From assembly GCA_903878265.1 (NCBI GenBank), contig CAIRHD010000223.1, forward strand, positions 1-60,006: a stretch of DNA of 60,006 bases, in the 5' to 3' direction. This stretch comes from an uncultured Bacteroidales bacterium (GTDB lineage Bacteria > Bacteroidota > Bacteroidia > Bacteroidales > UBA4417). Position numbers and translations under genes: made by a program. This document shows positions 48,130 through 57,430 of the stretch, one piece after another. Position 1 is the first letter of the stretch, and every line of letters starts with the position of its first letter. Under the pieces are notes generated by a model, which saw nothing but the letters and a program-made list of their open reading frames with translations, had not been told where the DNA came from and did no database searches.

Positions 48130-48717
48130 ATGGCAACCCCCATTGTTAGCGATCAGGAGCTTATAAGCAACTATCTCGCCGGTAATGAAAATAGTCTTGA
48201 GGTTCTTATAAACAGGCACAAGCAAAAAGTTTATTCGTATATCCTGCTCGTTGTCAGAGACAAACATCTGGCCGATGATATATTTCAGGATGCTTTCATC
48301 AAAGTTATAAATACACTCAAATCGGGTATTTATAAGGAAGAAGGAAAGTTTATCCAATGGGTAATGCGGATTTCCCACAACCTGATTATTGATCATTTCC
48401 GGAAGTCGAAACGACTCCCGATTGTGGACAATTGTAATGAAGATGGCGATATTTTCGATAATATGAGGATTACCGATGATTCTATCGAAGATAGGATGAT
48501 TGTAGATCAGATTTATGAAGATGTGCGCAAGTTGATTGACTATTTGCCGGATGAGCAGCGGGAAGTGCTTATGCTAAGGCACTACAGCGATATGAGTTTC
48601 AAAGATATTGCCGAGCAGACAGATGTGAGCATAAATACCGCTTTAGGCCGTATGCGTTATGCTTTGATAAACCTCCGTAAATTAATCGACAGCAAGGAAA
48701 TTATTTTGAGTGTTTAG
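48130..48717 (+). CDS. RNA polymerase sigma-70 family (ECF-type) sigma factor
   Basis: 195 aa. Region 2 reads DIFQDAFIKV...FIQWVMRISHNLIIDHFRK. Region 4 has the HTH SFKDIAEQTDVSINTALGRMRYALINLRK. Confidence 0.85.
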   Translation: MATPIVSDQELISNYLAGNENSLEVLINRHKQKVYSYILLVVRDKHLADDIFQDAFIKVINTLKSGIYKEEGKFIQWVMRISHNLIIDHFRKSKRLPIVDNCNEDGDIFDNMRITDDSIEDRMIVDQIYEDVRKLIDYLPDEQREVLMLRHYSDMSFKDIAEQTDVSINTALGRMRYALINLRKLIDSKEIILSV

Positions 48718-48994
48718 CGGAAAATATTTCTTTTTCCAGTACAATAAGGCGTAGGTTTTTGCGTTTTTTGGGTATTAGTTAACAAAACCCAAATTGATGA
48801 TAAAAAGCTATACCCTCTCAAATGATTCATTGCAAGCTACAGATAAAATAGAACTCAAGGATTTTTCTCATAGTTTGCCTGCAGTGAAAATGTTGGTTAG
48901 TTATTCGAAGGCTTTACAGGTGGTGCATTGCATTGATTTTGAAACCTGTTACATCGTTCTCAACTAATCAATTAACAAGGTGTTAAACAAATTA

Positions 48995-49019
48995 GTCCCG
49001 CTTATGCGGGATTTTTTTT
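48995..49019 (+). terminator. Rho-independent terminator
   Basis: The hairpin is tcccgc-ttat-gcggga followed by T8 (49012-49019). Confidence 0.7.
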
Positions 49020-49136
49020 GCCGCAGATACAAAGTTTTTGTAATTTTACAGTGAGCATTTTATAAAGGAATATCTGGTTTTCGATGATTTGGATTTTCCG
49101 AAAAAACGTATAAAGCTGTTTAATTTCTACAAATCA

Positions 49137-49790
49137 ATGAATAAAAAAGAAAGGGTAAGCGAAGTAATCAGATATTTTGAAACTGTGGTTCCAATAGCAG
49201 AAACGGAATTGGTTTATAAGTCGCCATACCAATTGCTCGTAGCGGTAATTCTATCAGCCCAATGCACCGATAAACGTGTAAATATTATTACACCACCCTT
49301 TTTTGATTTTTTTCCAGATGCGGATTCGCTTTCAAAAGCTACTGAGGAACAAGTATTTGGTTTGATAAAAAGTTGTTCGTATCCTAACAACAAAGCTAAA
49401 AATCTCGTTGGAATGGCTCGTGTGCTCATTTCCGAATTTAATGGAATTGTTCCATCCGATATAGACGAACTACAAAAAATGCCAGGTGTTGGCCGTAAGA
49501 CAGCTAATGTAATTGCTTCTGTAGTTTTTAATCTTCCAGCAATGGCTGTAGATACTCATGTATTCAGGGTATCGAACCGCATTGGCCTGACCACAAATTC
49601 CCGTACTCCGCTTGAGTCGGAAAAACAGCTTGTAAAATGCATTCCGGCAGACAAAATTTCAATAGCGCACCATTGGTTGATCCTTCATGGAAGGTATGTG
49701 TGCATGGCTCGGAAGCCAAAATGTGCCGAATGTGGTTTGACTGAATTATGCAAGTATTTTCAGAAACAGGCTGAGGTAAATCCAATTTAA
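49137..49790 (+). CDS. nth: Endonuclease III
   Basis: It has the HhH-GPD motif LQKMPGVGRKTANVI and the C-terminal FeS ligands C-x6-C-x2-C-x5-C (CMARKPKCAECGLTELC). I placed the start at ATG 49137. The longest ORF starts with TTG at 49089. Confidence 0.9.
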   Translation: MNKKERVSEVIRYFETVVPIAETELVYKSPYQLLVAVILSAQCTDKRVNIITPPFFDFFPDADSLSKATEEQVFGLIKSCSYPNNKAKNLVGMARVLISEFNGIVPSDIDELQKMPGVGRKTANVIASVVFNLPAMAVDTHVFRVSNRIGLTTNSRTPLESEKQLVKCIPADKISIAHHWLILHGRYVCMARKPKCAECGLTELCKYFQKQAEVNPI

Positions 49791-49879
49791 TTGCTTAATA
49801 AATAGAACCATTTGAACCAATTTTCGGGCTTCTTGTTTAAATAATATTTGCTAATGTTAAACAGGTAAAATATGCAGTA

Positions 49880-50335
49880 ATGACAACACTCAAATCAGGT
49901 GATAATGCACCTAAATTTTCAGCAACCGATCAGCACGGAAAACAAATTTCGCTCGAATCCCTTAAAGGCAAAAAAGTAGTGCTTTATTTTTATCCTAAAG
50001 ATGATACACCCGGTTGTACCGTTGAGGCGTGCAATTTACGTGATAACCATAATCATTTGATTAACAATGGTTATGTGGTATTGGGTGTTAGCCCTGATCC
50101 AATTAAAGCCCATCTAAAATTTACCGAAAAATACGAGCTTCCTTTTTCCTTGTTTCCTGATGTGGAAAAAAAAATCATACAGGATTATGGCGTATGGGGT
50201 ACAAAGAAATTTATGGGAAAAAATTATGACGGAGTGTTCCGTACTACTTTTGTTATTGATGAAAATGGGGTTATTGATAAGGTGTTTACAAAAGTCGATA
50301 CAAAAAACCATACAAATCAAATACTGGAACCTTAA
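49880..50335 (+). CDS. bcp: Thioredoxin-dependent thiol peroxidase (peroxiredoxin Bcp)
   Basis: 151 aa with the Prx active site YFYPKDDTPGCTVEAC. Confidence 0.9.
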   Translation: MTTLKSGDNAPKFSATDQHGKQISLESLKGKKVVLYFYPKDDTPGCTVEACNLRDNHNHLINNGYVVLGVSPDPIKAHLKFTEKYELPFSLFPDVEKKIIQDYGVWGTKKFMGKNYDGVFRTTFVIDENGVIDKVFTKVDTKNHTNQILEP

Positions 50336-50504
50336 TTGTTGTTGACAAGGTTTGTTTTTATAACAATTTGAATCACAGAAAAATACAGTTAATTTGATGT
50401 AAGTATTTCGTATTGTTGATAAATAAATATTGCAAACAAGCAACAATTTTTTTGATTCGACAACAAACAGAGTAAATTTGCTCATTAAAGCAAAACAAAA
50501 GACC

Positions 50505-51506
50505 ATGGCAAAGGAAGATAACAATCAGGAAAAATTGAATGTGCTGAAGCTTACAATGGAAAAGCTTGAGAAAACCTACGGAAAAGGAACAATAATGAAA
50601 CTTGGCGATCAGGCTGTGGAGGAAATGCCTACCATTTCTTCTGGATCATTAGGTTTGGATATTGCGTTGGGAGTTGGCGGTTTCCCCAAAGGCCGAGTGA
50701 TTGAAATTTATGGACCTGAATCTTCAGGTAAAACTACATTGGCGCTACATGTTATTGCCCAATCGCAGAAGAAAGGCGGGATAGCTGCTTTTATTGATGC
50801 AGAACACGCTTTTGATCGGTATTATGCTCAAAAACTTGGAGTTGATATAGAAAATTTACTGATTTCGCAACCAGATAATGGCGAACAAGCACTCGAAATT
50901 ACCGAAAACCTTATCCGTTCTGGTGCAATTGACGTAATAGTAATCGACTCGGTTGCCGCACTTACGCCTCGGAGTGAAATAGAGGGTGAAATGGGCGACT
51001 CAAAGATGGGTTTACAGGCAAGATTAATGTCGCAAGCTTTGCGTAAACTTACTTCAACTATCAGTAAAACTGGTTGTTGTTGTATTTTTATTAACCAATT
51101 GCGCGAAAAAATTGGTGTAATGTTCGGTAACCCCGAAACCACAACCGGTGGAAATGCTTTGAAATTCTATGCTTCAGTTCGGATTGATATACGCCGCCAG
51201 ACTCAAATCAAAGATGGAGATGTAGCAATTGGAAACCGGGTGAAAGTAAAAGTGGTGAAAAATAAAGTTGCGCCTCCATTCCGTCAGGCTGAATTCGATA
51301 TTATCTATGGTGAAGGTATTTCGAAGTTTGGTGAAATAATTGACTTGGGTGTTGAAAAGAATATCATCAAAAAAAGTGGTTCCTGGTTCAGTTATGGCGA
51401 AACCAAATTAGGCCAAGGCCGTGATGCATTGAAAAAATTGCTGGCCGATAATCCCGAATTATGTGAAGAAATCGAAGCCAAATTGATACTGGCACTTAAA
51501 GCATAA
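50505..51506 (+). CDS. recA: Recombinase A
   Basis: It has the Walker A motif GPESSGKTT, the block IDAEHAFD and L2-region motifs. I placed the start at ATG 50505 ([10 protein letters not shown]). The longest ORF starts at 50430. Confidence 0.95.
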   Translation: MAKEDNNQEKLNVLKLTMEKLEKTYGKGTIMKLGDQAVEEMPTISSGSLGLDIALGVGGFPKGRVIEIYGPESSGKTTLALHVIAQSQKKGGIAAFIDAEHAFDRYYAQKLGVDIENLLISQPDNGEQALEITENLIRSGAIDVIVIDSVAALTPRSEIEGEMGDSKMGLQARLMSQALRKLTSTISKTGCCCIFINQLREKIGVMFGNPETTTGGNALKFYASVRIDIRRQTQIKDGDVAIGNRVKVKVVKNKVAPPFRQAEFDIIYGEGISKFGEIIDLGVEKNIIKKSGSWFSYGETKLGQGRDALKKLLADNPELCEEIEAKLILALKA

Positions 51507-51570
51507 TAAGCAAAATACAGTACAATCAAGAATAGAAAGTGTGCTGGCACCATAATCTAATAATTACACA

Positions 51571-51607
51571 AACTCCGGAAGATTATTCAACCGGAGTTTT
51601 TATTTTT
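51571..51607 (+). terminator. Rho-independent terminator after recA
   Basis: A perfect 9-bp stem pairs aaactccgg with ccggagttt around a 12-nt loop. It is followed by ttatttttg. Confidence 0.65.
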
Positions 51608-51625
51608 GCAAACAAATTCAAGCAA

Positions 51626-52648
51626 ATGCGCAATATATTTTTTCTTTTTAGTGCCTTACTAGTGATTCTACCCGCTTTTTTCTCATGCAATTCATCCGAT
51701 TCTAGAAAAAGTGGGGATAGAAGTGATTCGATTTCTCAGCAACTCTCTGAATTGAATGCTGCTATAGAAAAAGATCCTAAAAATTCAGATTTATTAACCC
51801 AGAGATCAGAATACTATGTGCGGAAGGAATTGTTCAACAACGCCCTTTCGGACATTAACAAAGCTATTGAGTTGGATCCCAAAAATGTAAAGGCTTACAC
51901 TGGTCTCTCGAGCATTTATTTGCTTTTGGGCAAACCACAGGAATCATTGGATGCGCTGAACCAAGTTTTGAAATTCGATGATAGAAATGCTGATATTTAT
52001 TTGAAGAAGGCAAAGCTATACCTGATAATGAAAGATTATGAAAACTGCGCCACTTCGGTTCAGAGAACCATCGAGATTAACCCCAACCTTGCCGATGCCT
52101 ACTATTTGAAAGGCATGGCTTTGATGGAAAACGATAAAATGGATTTGGCAATCGAGAGTTTTCAGCGATCGGTTACCATCAATCAATCTCATTTCGATGC
52201 ACTTATGCAGTTGGGATATATTTGGGAAAAGAAGGATGTCAAAATTTCAATTGATTATTTCAAAAGTGCAACAAAAGCAAATTCCAAAAGTACCGAAGCA
52301 TTGTATAACCTTGGCTTGATTTATCAGGATAATCAGCAACCAGAAAAGGCAATTTTATGCTATGAAACCATCAATAAACTCGATCCCAACAACAAACTTG
52401 CTTTTTATAATATTGGTTATGTGAACCTTGTGTATTTGAACAAATATGCTAAAGGAGTAGAATATTTCACCAAAGCAATTGGATTGGATCCAAATTATAT
52501 TGATGCATGGTATAATAGGGCTTATTGTTACGAACTTTTAAGAGACAAAGAAAAAGCTACAAGCGACTATCAACAAGTATTAAAGCTCAAAGTGAACGAC
52601 CCAAAGGCCATCGAAGGAATGAATAGGCTGGATAAGTTAATGCGATAA
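51626..52648 (+). CDS. TPR-repeat lipoprotein
   Basis: The start is at ATG 51626 (MRNIFFLFSALLVILPAFFSC, lipobox). About eight 34-aa TPR units follow (A..Y...G......A...F..A....P pattern). Confidence 0.8.
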   Translation: MRNIFFLFSALLVILPAFFSCNSSDSRKSGDRSDSISQQLSELNAAIEKDPKNSDLLTQRSEYYVRKELFNNALSDINKAIELDPKNVKAYTGLSSIYLLLGKPQESLDALNQVLKFDDRNADIYLKKAKLYLIMKDYENCATSVQRTIEINPNLADAYYLKGMALMENDKMDLAIESFQRSVTINQSHFDALMQLGYIWEKKDVKISIDYFKSATKANSKSTEALYNLGLIYQDNQQPEKAILCYETINKLDPNNKLAFYNIGYVNLVYLNKYAKGVEYFTKAIGLDPNYIDAWYNRAYCYELLRDKEKATSDYQQVLKLKVNDPKAIEGMNRLDKLMR

Positions 52649-52772
52649 TGGGTTAATGCGATAATTGGTTAATGTGATAATTTGCTAATGCGATAATTTG
52701 TTGATGTGATAATTTGTTGATGTGATATTTTACTAATGTGATAATTTGTTGATGCGATAATTTGTTTATATG
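52631..52772. repeat. Tandem array of about 9 copies of a 16-bp unit (consensus gataatttgttgatgt)
   Basis: Full 16-bp units start at 52644, 52660, 52676, 52692, 52708, 52724, 52740 and 52756, preceded by a partial unit at 52631. The array begins inside the last codons of the TPR gene. Confidence 0.85.
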
Positions 52773-52941
52773 GTAACTTGCTGTATTGCTGAATGATAGC
52801 AGAATAGAAAACAGGCTTGTATTTATCGGTCAAATTATTGTTATCAGTTTTATAGATTGATTTACAGCTATTTACTTGCAAAGATGATCGTATAAAGATC
52901 AATTATTTTCGTTCAAAACGCAAGTTTTATTTTGGTAATTG

Positions 52942-53121
52942 CTATATTTTTTTACTCAACAATTCTTTTCGCATCACTTTTGCATCGCAGTTGCACCCTG
53001 AAGAGCAACCATGCTGATTGCCAGATATTTTAGCGGGGAATAATGTTCGGAAAGCACCTACCAACACAAACCCACTCGCTATGGCTATTGCCAAATAAGT
53101 CAATATTTCCTGAATATCCAT
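52942..53121 (-). CDS. FeoB-associated Cys-rich small membrane protein (59 aa, below the ORF-track cutoff)
   Basis: My own translation gives MDIQEILTYLAIAIASGFVLVGAFRTLFPAKISGNQHGCSSGCNCDAKVMRKELLSKKI. It has one N-terminal TM helix and a C-terminal GC-x2-GC-x-C cluster. It lies 8 nt after the preceding gene in the feo operon. Confidence 0.6.
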   Translation of the reverse strand: MDIQEILTYLAIAIASGFVLVGAFRTLFPAKISGNQHGCSSGCNCDAKVMRKELLSKKI

Positions 53122-53129
53122 AATTCTTT

Positions 53130-53819
53130 TTAAATCAATGTTTTAATTGAAGGAAAGTAGTTTATTACCGAAAGCCAAGAGATAAATAACGTGAAACCGA
53201 GTAGCAATATGGCCCAAATAAAGGCAGGTATTTTTGTGAATTTTTGAAGGTTTGTGGCATCACCGGCTTTTTTGGGTTGCTTAAATGACAATACCAACAA
53301 CACAACAGAGGAAACAATTGCATCAGTGAAAATTATCACTGAATAAAAGGCTGAAAACGAATATATTGCACTTTTGTTGTTGAAATATATAATCAACAAA
53401 TTAAGTACCATAAATGTTCCGGCCCAAAATAACCCATACATGTTTCGTAATGATAATATGGTGATTATTAGGGCAATACTCGTTAAAATAAAGAGTATGT
53501 ACAAGTAATGGCCGTTATGCAGCAAAAATAGACAAAGCCATGCCGTAAGTGCCGAAACAGGATATCCGGCCAACGCAATTACTATTTGCGAGAATTTTCC
53601 TTTGGCTTTAGTAACCGTGGTGCCCGAAGTATCCGCAAATAAATTTACAGCAATTACTTCTCCACTTAATGCAAGGGTTGTAAACGCATGTCCTGCTTCG
53701 TGTACCAACGTATTTACGCTCCTGAAGTATTTGCCTAACATTGGGATTCTGGTAAGCAAAAGTGCAGTAATCAGCAAAATGTAAAATACAATGTTTGGGT
53801 TTGTGGTGATCCAGTTCAT
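53130..53819 (-). CDS. M50B-like integral membrane metallopeptidase-family protein
   Basis: 229 aa with six or seven TM helices. The HExxH motif sits in the helix VHEAGHAF. It lies 6 nt after the feoB stop. Confidence 0.65.
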   Translation of the reverse strand: MNWITTNPNIVFYILLITALLLTRIPMLGKYFRSVNTLVHEAGHAFTTLALSGEVIAVNLFADTSGTTVTKAKGKFSQIVIALAGYPVSALTAWLCLFLLHNGHYLYILFILTSIALIITILSLRNMYGLFWAGTFMVLNLLIIYFNNKSAIYSFSAFYSVIIFTDAIVSSVVLLVLSFKQPKKAGDATNLQKFTKIPAFIWAILLLGFTLFISWLSVINYFPSIKTLI

Positions 53820-53825
53820 TTCGGG

Positions 53826-56336
53826 TTAATTTATAAAAAGTGAACCTACTTGAAATAATATCAGTGAGGCAAGATATGCCAATACCGAAGTGTAAACCAC
53901 AACAAAAGCCGCCCACTTCCAATGCCCAGATTCACGGCTAATGGCAGAAATAACGCCGATGCAAGGGAAATAAATCAGTATAAAAAGCATAAAACTCAAA
54001 GCTACCAAAGGTGTAAAATTTGGTTTTCCTTTGTTAATACCAGCTGCATAAACTTGGTTTTGAAGCTTTTGAACTAGAGATTGAGTCTTATTTCCTGAAT
54101 CGTTCGCATGGTATAAAACACCAATTGTGCCAACAACAACTTCTTTTGCCGAAACCCCGGTCAGAAGTGCAACACTCATTTTCCAGTCGAAGCCTAATGG
54201 CCGCATCACAGGTTCAATAAAATGGCCGATTCTGCCAATATAGGAATTTTCCTGTTGCGCTACGTTTATTGCGAAATTTAATTCGTCAAATTCTGATAGA
54301 TACATGGTTTTTAACGAATCTATTACTTTTGAAGGTTTTTTCAATTGATCTAAGGCAGAAAAACTTTCCTTCAACTTTTCTATTTTAGCCGTGATATGCT
54401 TCTTTTCGTTAAAATTAACCGGGAAATAGCCCAAAGCCCAGATAATTATTGATGATATTAGTATAATTCCACCAATTTTTTGAAGGTATTGTCCTGTTCT
54501 ATGCCATACATGCCTGAAAATACTTTTTAATGTCGGCACGCGATAGGGAGGCAATTCCATGACGAAAGGAACATCTTTTTTGCGGAACAGTGTTTTTCGG
54601 AATATCAATGCTGAGCCAATTGCAAGAAGCACGCCGGTAAAATAGATCCCAAATAAAATGCTACCCTGGTAGGATTGAAAAAATGCGGTGATAAAAAGAA
54701 TATAAACCGGTAAACGGGCACTGCACGACATGAAAGGGTTTATAAGCATTGTAATTAGCCTGTCACGGCGGCTTTCAATGATTCGGGTGGAAAGTATTGC
54801 CGGCACATTGCAGCCAAATCCCATCAATAATGGAATAAACGACTTGCCATGTAGGCCAATTTTATGCATGAGCTTATCCATAATAAACACAGCACGAGCC
54901 ATATACCCTGTATCTTCCATGAGTGAAATGAACAGATAAAGTAACAGAATATTGGGCAGGAAAGTAATTACACCACCAACGCCACCAATAACGCCCTGAA
55001 TAAGAAGGTCTTTGAACATTCCATCAGCCATGTTTGAACTGATAAGCGATGAGATTTTCTGAACCATCCATTGAATCCATTCCATTGGGTAGTTGCCAAT
55101 TTTGAAAGTGCCATAAAAAGTGGCCCACATCAATCCGATGAAAATTGGTATGCCCCAAATTTTATGGGTAATAAAAGTGTCAATTATTTCGCTGTTCCGG
55201 CGGCGTGTCTGAGGGTTTGCTTTCAGTGTTTCGGCAAGTGCTCCGGCTATAAAACCGTATTTGGCATCTGTTATAAGTGTTTCTGTATCTTCGCGTTGAT
55301 CGTGCTCAATCCGATTTTGTTCCCGGATTACAGTCTCTTTAATTTCGGAAGCATTTTTAAGTTTTTCAACTTTACCAATCGCGTCCGGATCCTTTTCGAG
55401 TAATTTTATCGATAGGAAACGGGATGATATTTTATTAAGGAAATCAAAGTTCTGCTTTACGCGGATTTTTTTCTGAACTGATTTTATCCCTTCCTCCAAT
55501 GCCCTGCCATAATTAATATGGATATGCCTCGAAACATGATCGCTGCCTTCGCAAACTTCAATGATTTTTGAAAAAAGCTCATGGATTCCTTTTCCCCGCG
55601 AAGCAACAGTAGGAATAAAGGGGACTCCCAGCATTTGCCCTAAATGCTTGTAATCTAAAATATCGCCTTTTTGCTGCAATTCATCGAACATGTTTAGCGC
55701 AACTATTACCCTGATATCCATATCAATAAGCTGAGTTGTAAGGTAAAGGTTGCGTTCCAGATTGGAAGCATCCACTACGTTAACAACCACATCGGGCATG
55801 TTTTCGTTTATAAAATCCCGAACGTAAAGTTCTTCGGGAGAATAAGCTGTTATTGAATAGGTTCCAGGTAAATCAGTGATGAAAAACTCATATCCTCCTT
55901 GCTCAAATTTTGCTTCTTTTGCATCAACAGTTACACCGCTGTAATTGCCTACACGTTCGCGGGAGTTGGAAGCGTAATTAAAAAGAGTTGTTTTGCCTGA
56001 ATTTGGATTGCCTACAAAAGCTACATGTATGGTTTTATTTTTTTTTGAGAAACTTGCATTCTCCGAATCTTCCAATAATGTACCTGAATATGAAATTTCT
56101 TGTTCTTTCTTATTAAGTGTGTCAATTTCAATAAGTTGTGCTTCGCTCATGCGAAGTGTAACATTATATCCTAATATGCTATATTCAACAGGATCCTGTA
56201 AAGGTGCTTTTTTTACAACAGTTACTTCTTTCCCGACAACAAACCCCATTTCGGTTATTCTCTTACGAAAAGCACCACGCCCCTTAACCCTCTGTATTAC
56301 AGCCTTGTTTCCAGGTTCAAGTTCACTAAGATTCAC
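53826..56336 (-). CDS. feoB: Ferrous iron transporter, FeoA-FeoB fusion
   Basis: 836 aa with a GTG start. The N-terminal FeoA SH3-like domain reads LSELEPGNKAVIQRVKG...GFVVGKEVTVV. The G-domain has VGNPNSGKTTLFN and DLPGTYS. A polytopic C-terminal permease follows. Confidence 0.92.
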   Translation of the reverse strand: MNLSELEPGNKAVIQRVKGRGAFRKRITEMGFVVGKEVTVVKKAPLQDPVEYSILGYNVTLRMSEAQLIEIDTLNKKEQEISYSGTLLEDSENASFSKKNKTIHVAFVGNPNSGKTTLFNYASNSRERVGNYSGVTVDAKEAKFEQGGYEFFITDLPGTYSITAYSPEELYVRDFINENMPDVVVNVVDASNLERNLYLTTQLIDMDIRVIVALNMFDELQQKGDILDYKHLGQMLGVPFIPTVASRGKGIHELFSKIIEVCEGSDHVSRHIHINYGRALEEGIKSVQKKIRVKQNFDFLNKISSRFLSIKLLEKDPDAIGKVEKLKNASEIKETVIREQNRIEHDQREDTETLITDAKYGFIAGALAETLKANPQTRRRNSEIIDTFITHKIWGIPIFIGLMWATFYGTFKIGNYPMEWIQWMVQKISSLISSNMADGMFKDLLIQGVIGGVGGVITFLPNILLLYLFISLMEDTGYMARAVFIMDKLMHKIGLHGKSFIPLLMGFGCNVPAILSTRIIESRRDRLITMLINPFMSCSARLPVYILFITAFFQSYQGSILFGIYFTGVLLAIGSALIFRKTLFRKKDVPFVMELPPYRVPTLKSIFRHVWHRTGQYLQKIGGIILISSIIIWALGYFPVNFNEKKHITAKIEKLKESFSALDQLKKPSKVIDSLKTMYLSEFDELNFAINVAQQENSYIGRIGHFIEPVMRPLGFDWKMSVALLTGVSAKEVVVGTIGVLYHANDSGNKTQSLVQKLQNQVYAAGINKGKPNFTPLVALSFMLFILIYFPCIGVISAISRESGHWKWAAFVVVYTSVLAYLASLILFQVGSLFIN

Positions 56337-56469
56337 AGGTTATTGTTATTTAGATTAAATAAAAATTAGTGCAAAGATACTTAGTTTAAATGAGTTAAAG
56401 CGAAGAAAAGATGAAATTTAATTGGTTTAGAATAAAATTATATCTGCATGATAAACAACATGTTACTTA

Positions 56470-57003
56470 TTAATAAAGCAATTCATCATCCTGATCAATT
56501 GGAAAAGCGATGGCATGTAATGCGGGTAGGAGGGAAGCTATCCGCTGTCCCCAATGGGCGACAAATAACTTCCTGCATTCATAAACGGCATTTTGTTTTG
56601 CGTAAGCCAGGTTTTTCTGATATAGAAGTACGAAATCTTTAAGATCCTGGTAAATATCGGCCAGATGTTCGGAAATGCCAGCTTTAAGAGGGATATTATC
56701 TGCATTTTCGTAAGAAAGGGTATAAAAAGCATCCCTGTCTGAAAAAACATTCAAAAGCGAATTGTAGATATTTTCCCACTGATCTTCATTTACAAACCGT
56801 TCACCAAAATAATCTTCATCGGGTTCGATTATGGGTAAAATTGCCCCTTTCAGATAAAGCAAGGGACAGATTTTGGCATAATACAGAAGAACTTCATCCT
56901 GTTGGTATTGTTCGGCTTTTTCGGTAAAAATGCAGAACTCGTTAGCAACGGTGTACATATCTAGTACATTGGCAGAAGTTGCGGCATCAGATGTGATTGT
57001 CAT
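56470..57003 (-). CDS. Hypothetical cytoplasmic protein, family not recognised with confidence
   Basis: 177-aa ORF with no signal peptide and no TM helix. The composition is acidic and helical. Its codon usage resembles that of its neighbours. Confidence 0.5.
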   Translation of the reverse strand: MTITSDAATSANVLDMYTVANEFCIFTEKAEQYQQDEVLLYYAKICPLLYLKGAILPIIEPDEDYFGERFVNEDQWENIYNSLLNVFSDRDAFYTLSYENADNIPLKAGISEHLADIYQDLKDFVLLYQKNLAYAKQNAVYECRKLFVAHWGQRIASLLPALHAIAFPIDQDDELLY

Positions 57004-57070
57004 AAAGTTAGGTTAAGGTTGGTTTTCGATCCAAAGGTATTAATTTGATTAGTCGTAGCTGGGCTTTATA

Positions 57071-57098
57071 AATAAAAAAAGTGCTTTCAGAGCACTTT
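57071..57098 (-). terminator. Terminator (bidirectional-looking hairpin)
   Basis: The hairpin is aaagtgct-ttcag-agcacttt. On the plus strand it is flanked by A7 and T-rich sequence. On the minus strand it is followed by UUUUAUUUAU. Confidence 0.6.
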
Positions 57099-57430
57099 GA
57101 TTTTTCGAATATCATGCATTGCTACTTCTAACTTTTTCATTATCAATAACCTTGCAACAGAAGTTCCATAATTGGTAAAACCTTGGAACAATTCTTTTTC
57201 TATTTCGACCACATCCCATAAAAGTAGGTTACTTTGAACTTCTCCAACTTGCACAGTAACTTCCCCTCAATAAGACAGGAAACAACATCAAAAGGGTTGG
57301 TGTGCGGTGGTATAATTTGCTCTGGTTGCAGGCATAAATGTATAACCTTCAGTGAACTTGATAAATGCATGAAAAATCCCTCTATGTCGAAAGGCACTTT
57401 GGGAGCGTTGGATAATGAGATTATTTTCAT
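57087..57430 (-). pseudogene. Cupin-domain gene interrupted by a 1-nt frameshift in a G4/C4 run
   Basis: Frame 1 reads MKIISLSNAPKVPFDIEGFFMHLSSSLKVIHLCLQPEQIIPPHTNPFDVVSCLIEG and stops at 57200. Shifting one base at cccc 57263-57266 continues as EVTVQVGEVQSNLLLWDVVEIEKELFQGFTNYGTSVARLLIMKK..., ending at 57087. Joined, this gives a roughly 114-aa cupin. Its ATG overlaps the upstream stop (ATGA). Confidence 0.6.

Noticed and set aside
52631-52772. The GATAAT repeats as a Fur operator for the nearby feo operon
   Set aside because: The array lies downstream of the feo operon, at its 3' end. The hexamers are spaced 16 bp apart rather than in the 6-1-6 / 19-bp Fur-box arrangement. I kept this only as a remark.
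52669-52902. The 77-aa minus-strand ORF
   Set aside because: Its C-terminal half is a direct translation of the 16-bp tandem repeat (NYHISKISHQQIITSTNYRISKLSH). It lies in a convergent intergenic region and is most likely an artefact.
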